A DNA stretch of 64,000 nucleotides from Rebecca billardiae RCC1528. Its lineage: Eukaryota > Protista > Haptophyta. Under the pieces are notes generated by a model that was not told the DNA's origin, ran no database searches, and saw only the letters and a list, made by a program, of their open reading frames with translations. A program made the translations under genes and the position numbers. Shown piece by piece: positions 60,220-64,000 of this stretch. The stretch's first letter is position 1, and the number at the start of each line of letters is the position of its first letter. The stretch lies in the NCBI GenBank assembly GCA_965240325.2, contig OZ251249.1:248001-312000 (forward strand), read 5' to 3'.

Positions 60220-61501
60220 ATGACGGAGAGTCGAGGCGGGCGGCGCTCCGGCAGCTCGTCGAAGCGGCGGCGTGAGGAGCCCGCCGCCGCCTCCACGCCC
60301 CCCGAGCCGGCCAGCCTCGACAGCTCGCTCGCCGGCAGCCGCCCGAAGCGAGCGCGAGAGGGCAGCAGCCGCTCGGGCCGGCGCCAGCCGGCGCGCGACG
60401 AGCCCGACGCGGGCGCGGGCGGTGCGCGCGCATGCGCGCGGCGCGTGTGCGCGCGCGGTGCACGCGCCGCCGCCGCCCTCCGCGCACGCCCGTCCCGCCG
60501 CGCACGCGCTGCCGCGCGCCGCGCCGCCGCGCCTGGGCCGAGCTGATCGGTGCTGCGCCGCCGCGCCGCCGCGCCGCCGCATCTCGCCGCGCGCGCGCGC
60601 GCGCCCTCCGCGCGCTCCGCGCGCAGGCGCGAGCGCTGCCACCGACGCCGCCGCGCCGCTCCTACCCGACAACGGCGGCGACCCCGCCGCCGCCGCCGCG
60701 CAGGCGACGGCAGGGCCCGCGGCTGCCGGCTTACTGCCCGGCGCGCTCGCCGGCGGCGTGGCGCCGACGGCGCTGCCGCCGATCGCGCCGACCGAGCTGG
60801 CGACGTCCGTCCCGCCTGCCGCCGCTGCCGCCACGCCCGGCGCGCCGCCCGCCGCGCGCCCGCCGCCCGCGCCCGCCGAGACGCCGCCGCCGCCCGCGCC
60901 CGCGCCGCGCCCGGCGCGCGGCGTCGAGCATCTGACGGCGGCCATTGCGCACGTGTTGCGCGCCGAGCTGCGCGAGACGCGGCACCGCGCGGCGCGCGCG
61001 ATGGCGGAGCTCGCGGCGCACGCGCCGCCGCGCGGCACGCCCGCCGGCGCCGACGCCGAGCCCGGCGCCGCCGCACCGTCTGCGCTGGACGGCGGTGGCG
61101 GCGGCGGCGCGGCGGCGGCGGCGGCCGGCGGCGGCGGCGGCGGCGGCGGCGCCGCCGCCGGCATCGAGGAGCTGAGTGCCCTCGCCCTGCCCGAGCCGCC
61201 GCCGCCGCTCACGCCACCGGGCCCCGAGCTCTCCACCGCGGTCGCCCCGGCCGACGGCGCCGACGGCGGCCGCAGCGGCGGCGCGCAGCCCGGCGCGGCG
61301 AGCGCCGGCGCCGGCAGCGCTCGCGCCGCGGCCGGCGGCGCCGCGGCCGCGGCCGGCTGCGGCGGCGTCGGCGCGGGCGGCGCGGGCGAGGCGGCGGCGG
61401 CCGTGGCGCGCGCGCGCGAGCGCACGAGTGCCGGCGCCGCCGCCGCGCCGCCGCTCTCGCGCTCGGCGAGCAGCGTGCACCGCGGCGCGCTCGCCGGCGC
61501 G

Positions 61502-61536
<35 letters not shown>

Positions 61537-64000
61537 GGGCGCCGACGGCGCCGCTGCCGGCTCGATGCGCGCGCGCTCGGCGCCGGCGCCGAGCGTGGCG
61601 GAGATGGGCCGGCCTCTAGCGGGGCGGCACGCGATCCCGGTGATGCTGCCGCCGACGCTCGAGCGCCTGCGGCACGACGCGGCCGCGGCGGACCCGCGCA
61701 CCGCGGCGGGCGCCCCCGCCGGCGGCGCGGCCGGCTCGTTGCCGCCGCCGAGCGCGCCGCAGCTGGGCGGCGCGTGGTCGCTCCGGCGGATCGGCACGTG
61801 CCCGCAGCCGCCGCGCCCGCCGACGCACCGCGACGCGCTGCTGGCGGAGATGGCGTGGATGGCCGCCGACTTCGCCTCGGAGGGCGCGTGGAAGCGTGCG
61901 GCCGCGGCCGCGCTCGCGGCAGACGCGTCAGCGCTCGCGCGCGCGCGCGACGCGGCGCGCGCGCTCGCCGAGCGCGCCGCGGCCGCTGAGGCGGCGGCGC
62001 GCGCCGCGGCGGTGGCGCGGATCGTCGGCGCGGCGTGGGCGCGGCTGCGCGCGCGCGCGCTCGCGTCGGGCGAGCTGCTCGCCGCGGCGGAGGCCGGCCC
62101 GGAGATGGCTCGGATCCTGGCCGCGGACGCGCGCGTGCCGTTACGTAGGGTGTACGCAGCGCTCGGCGCTCCGATGGCGGAGGAGGAGGCGGCGGCGGGC
62201 GGCGGCGGCGGCGGCGGCGAGCCTGGCGGCGGCGCGGCCGTCGCCGACGCCAACGCCGCGCACGCCGGCGGGACCGCGGCGCAGCGCGCGCTCGCCGCGG
62301 CCGACGCGGCGCGCGGCGCGGCGGACGCGGCCGCCGCCGCGGCCGCGCGCGGCGGTCGGGCGTCGGGCGCGGCGATGGGCTCGGCGACGGACGCGGACGC
62401 GGCGTGGGTGCGCGCGCTGTGCCTGCGGCGCGGCGCGCGGCCGGCGGTCGGGGGCGTGCTCGCGAGGCCGGCGCGCGCGGCGCGCGCGGACGCGGTGGCG
62501 AGCGCGCTCGGTGCGGACCTGCGCGCGCTGCTCGCGGCCGACGGCGGCGAGGGCGGCGACGGCGGCGGCGCGGCGGCGGCGGCGGCGGCGGCCGCGCGCG
62601 CGCTGCGCCGGCCGCACCTGCTGCTCGTCTCGGCCGGCGCCGGCGCCGACGGGCTCGGCGTGTTCCGCCGCTCGCTCTGCGAGCGCGCGCCCGCCCTGCG
62701 CCACGCGCTCGCGCACAGCGCGCGCGCCGCGCGCGCCGCGCACGGCGGCGGCGCGAGCGCCATCTGTCTGACGCTCGAGGCTGCGGTGGCGGACGCGCCG
62801 GCGCTGCTGTCGCGGCGCTGGGGCCTCGTGCTGCTCGACGGCGTGGAGGCGCACGCCGCGCCCTCGGCCGCGGCGGCGGAGGAGCCGGCGGCGGAGGGCG
62901 GCGCGCGCCAGCCGTGGCACTGGTGCGCGCTGCTTGCGAGGCTGCGCTGCGACGCTCGACTGCTCGGCGTGGGCGGCGCCGGGCTGCCACTGTCGTGGCT
63001 CGGCGGCAGCGAGCCGCTTGGCGCGGACGCGGAGGAGGAGGACGAGGTAGCCGCCGGGGACGCGGCCGCCGCGGGCGCGGGCGCCGCGGGCTCGGAGGCG
63101 GCCGTCGACGTCGGCGACGTGCACTCGGGCGCCGCGGACGGCGGCACCGGCGGCGGCGGCACGGCGGCGTGTGGCGCGCGCGCGCGCGCCGCCGCGCCCG
63201 CGCTGCTGCTGCTGCGAGCGCTGTGTCCCGCCGCGGCCGCGTCTGCGGCGTGCGCGGAGGGCGACGACGCGGCGGCGGCGGCGGCGGGCGGCGGCGCGGC
63301 GCAGCTGCTGCGACGCCTCACGCGCGGCGGCGCGCCGGCGCCCGCGCCGCCCGCGCCCGCGCCCGCGCCGGCAGGCGCGGACGCGGACGGCGCGGACGCG
63401 CCCCTCGCAAACGTCGAGATTCTGCCGGTGGACCTCTCGCGCCGGCAGCGCGGCGCGTACGCGGCGGCGCACGCGCGCGCCGCCGCCGCACCCGCGGCGT
63501 CGGTGGAGGGCGGCGTCGGCGGCGCCGGCCGCGCGCGCGCGCTCGCCGCCGCGCACCTGCTCGCTACGCTGCGCGCGGCGGCCCTCACGCCGTCCGGCGC
63601 GGCCGGCGCGGGCGGCGACGACGGCGGCGCCGACGGCGGCGCCGACGGCGGCGCCGAGTGCGCCGAGGAGCCCCTGCTCGCCGCGTCGGCGCTGTGCGTG
63701 CGCTCGCTCGCGCTCACGTGCCCCGCGCTCGCCGCGTGCGCGCCCCCTCGCTGCGCCACGCTCGGCGCCACGCTCGCCCCCCTCGGCTTGTTCCTCGTCG
63801 AATCGTGCGATCTCGATTCTTACGACGCCGTCCGCGCGGCGACGCTGCGCACGCGCACCAACGCGCTCGTCGACGTGCCGATGCGCCGCGCGGCCGCGCT
63901 CGACGGCGGCGGCGGCGGCGGCGGCGGCGCGGGCGGCGCGGGGCCCGGGCCGGCGCTCGGCTCCACGCTGCGAGGCTTCTCTGACGCGCAGCACGAGACG
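60220..64000 (+). CDS. HSA-domain protein with a degenerate SWR1/EP400-like SNF2 ATPase region, 3'-partial; exons 60220-60421, 60627->64000
   Basis: Not listed in the ORF track, consistent with it running off the window; no stop codon was seen in the stretches translated. HSA motif PQPPRPPTHRDALLAEMAWMAADFASEGAWK. SNF2-like remnants include RPHLLLV, ICLT....D...L.RRWGLVLLDG, RLLGVGG and VEILPVDLSRRQRGAY. Confidence 0.7.

Noticed and set aside
60202-63771. 1189-aa minus-strand ORF and the many other Arg/Ala/Pro-rich overlapping ORFs
   Set aside because: These are antisense or alternative-frame shadows of real genes in very GC-rich DNA, with no domain motifs.

Overview
This is very GC-rich eukaryotic nuclear DNA. 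Short GT-AG introns rich in (CG)n and nucleus-encoded plastid proteins with bipartite signal+transit peptides point to an alga with a secondary plastid. A haptophyte such as Pavlovales/Diacronema is my inference from composition and gene content, not a database match. Most ORFs in the six-frame track are GC artefacts, and about 19 real genes can be supported after manual splicing. These include a polycystin-1/REJ-GPS-like receptor with EF-hands, a WIP/STOP1-type zinc finger, a CCDC23/SVBP-motif protein, mitochondrial ATP synthase subunit f, several glycosyltransferase-like genes, phosphoribulokinase, plastid Rpl4 and a histidine phosphatase. Also present are two intron-containing secreted RTX-repeat proteins, a permuted NlpC/P60 protein, an F-box-RCC1 protein, Prp43/DHX15, and an HSA + degenerate SWR1-type SNF2 protein that runs off the right end. 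The ~33-57.5 kb interval is an accessory zone full of non-autonomous mobile DNA. The most striking object is a 660-bp element (56790-57449) with TGT...ACA ends and a 5-bp target-site duplication. Each of its two termini is a 96-bp hairpin with perfect 45-bp arms, and the two loops are reverse complements of each other.
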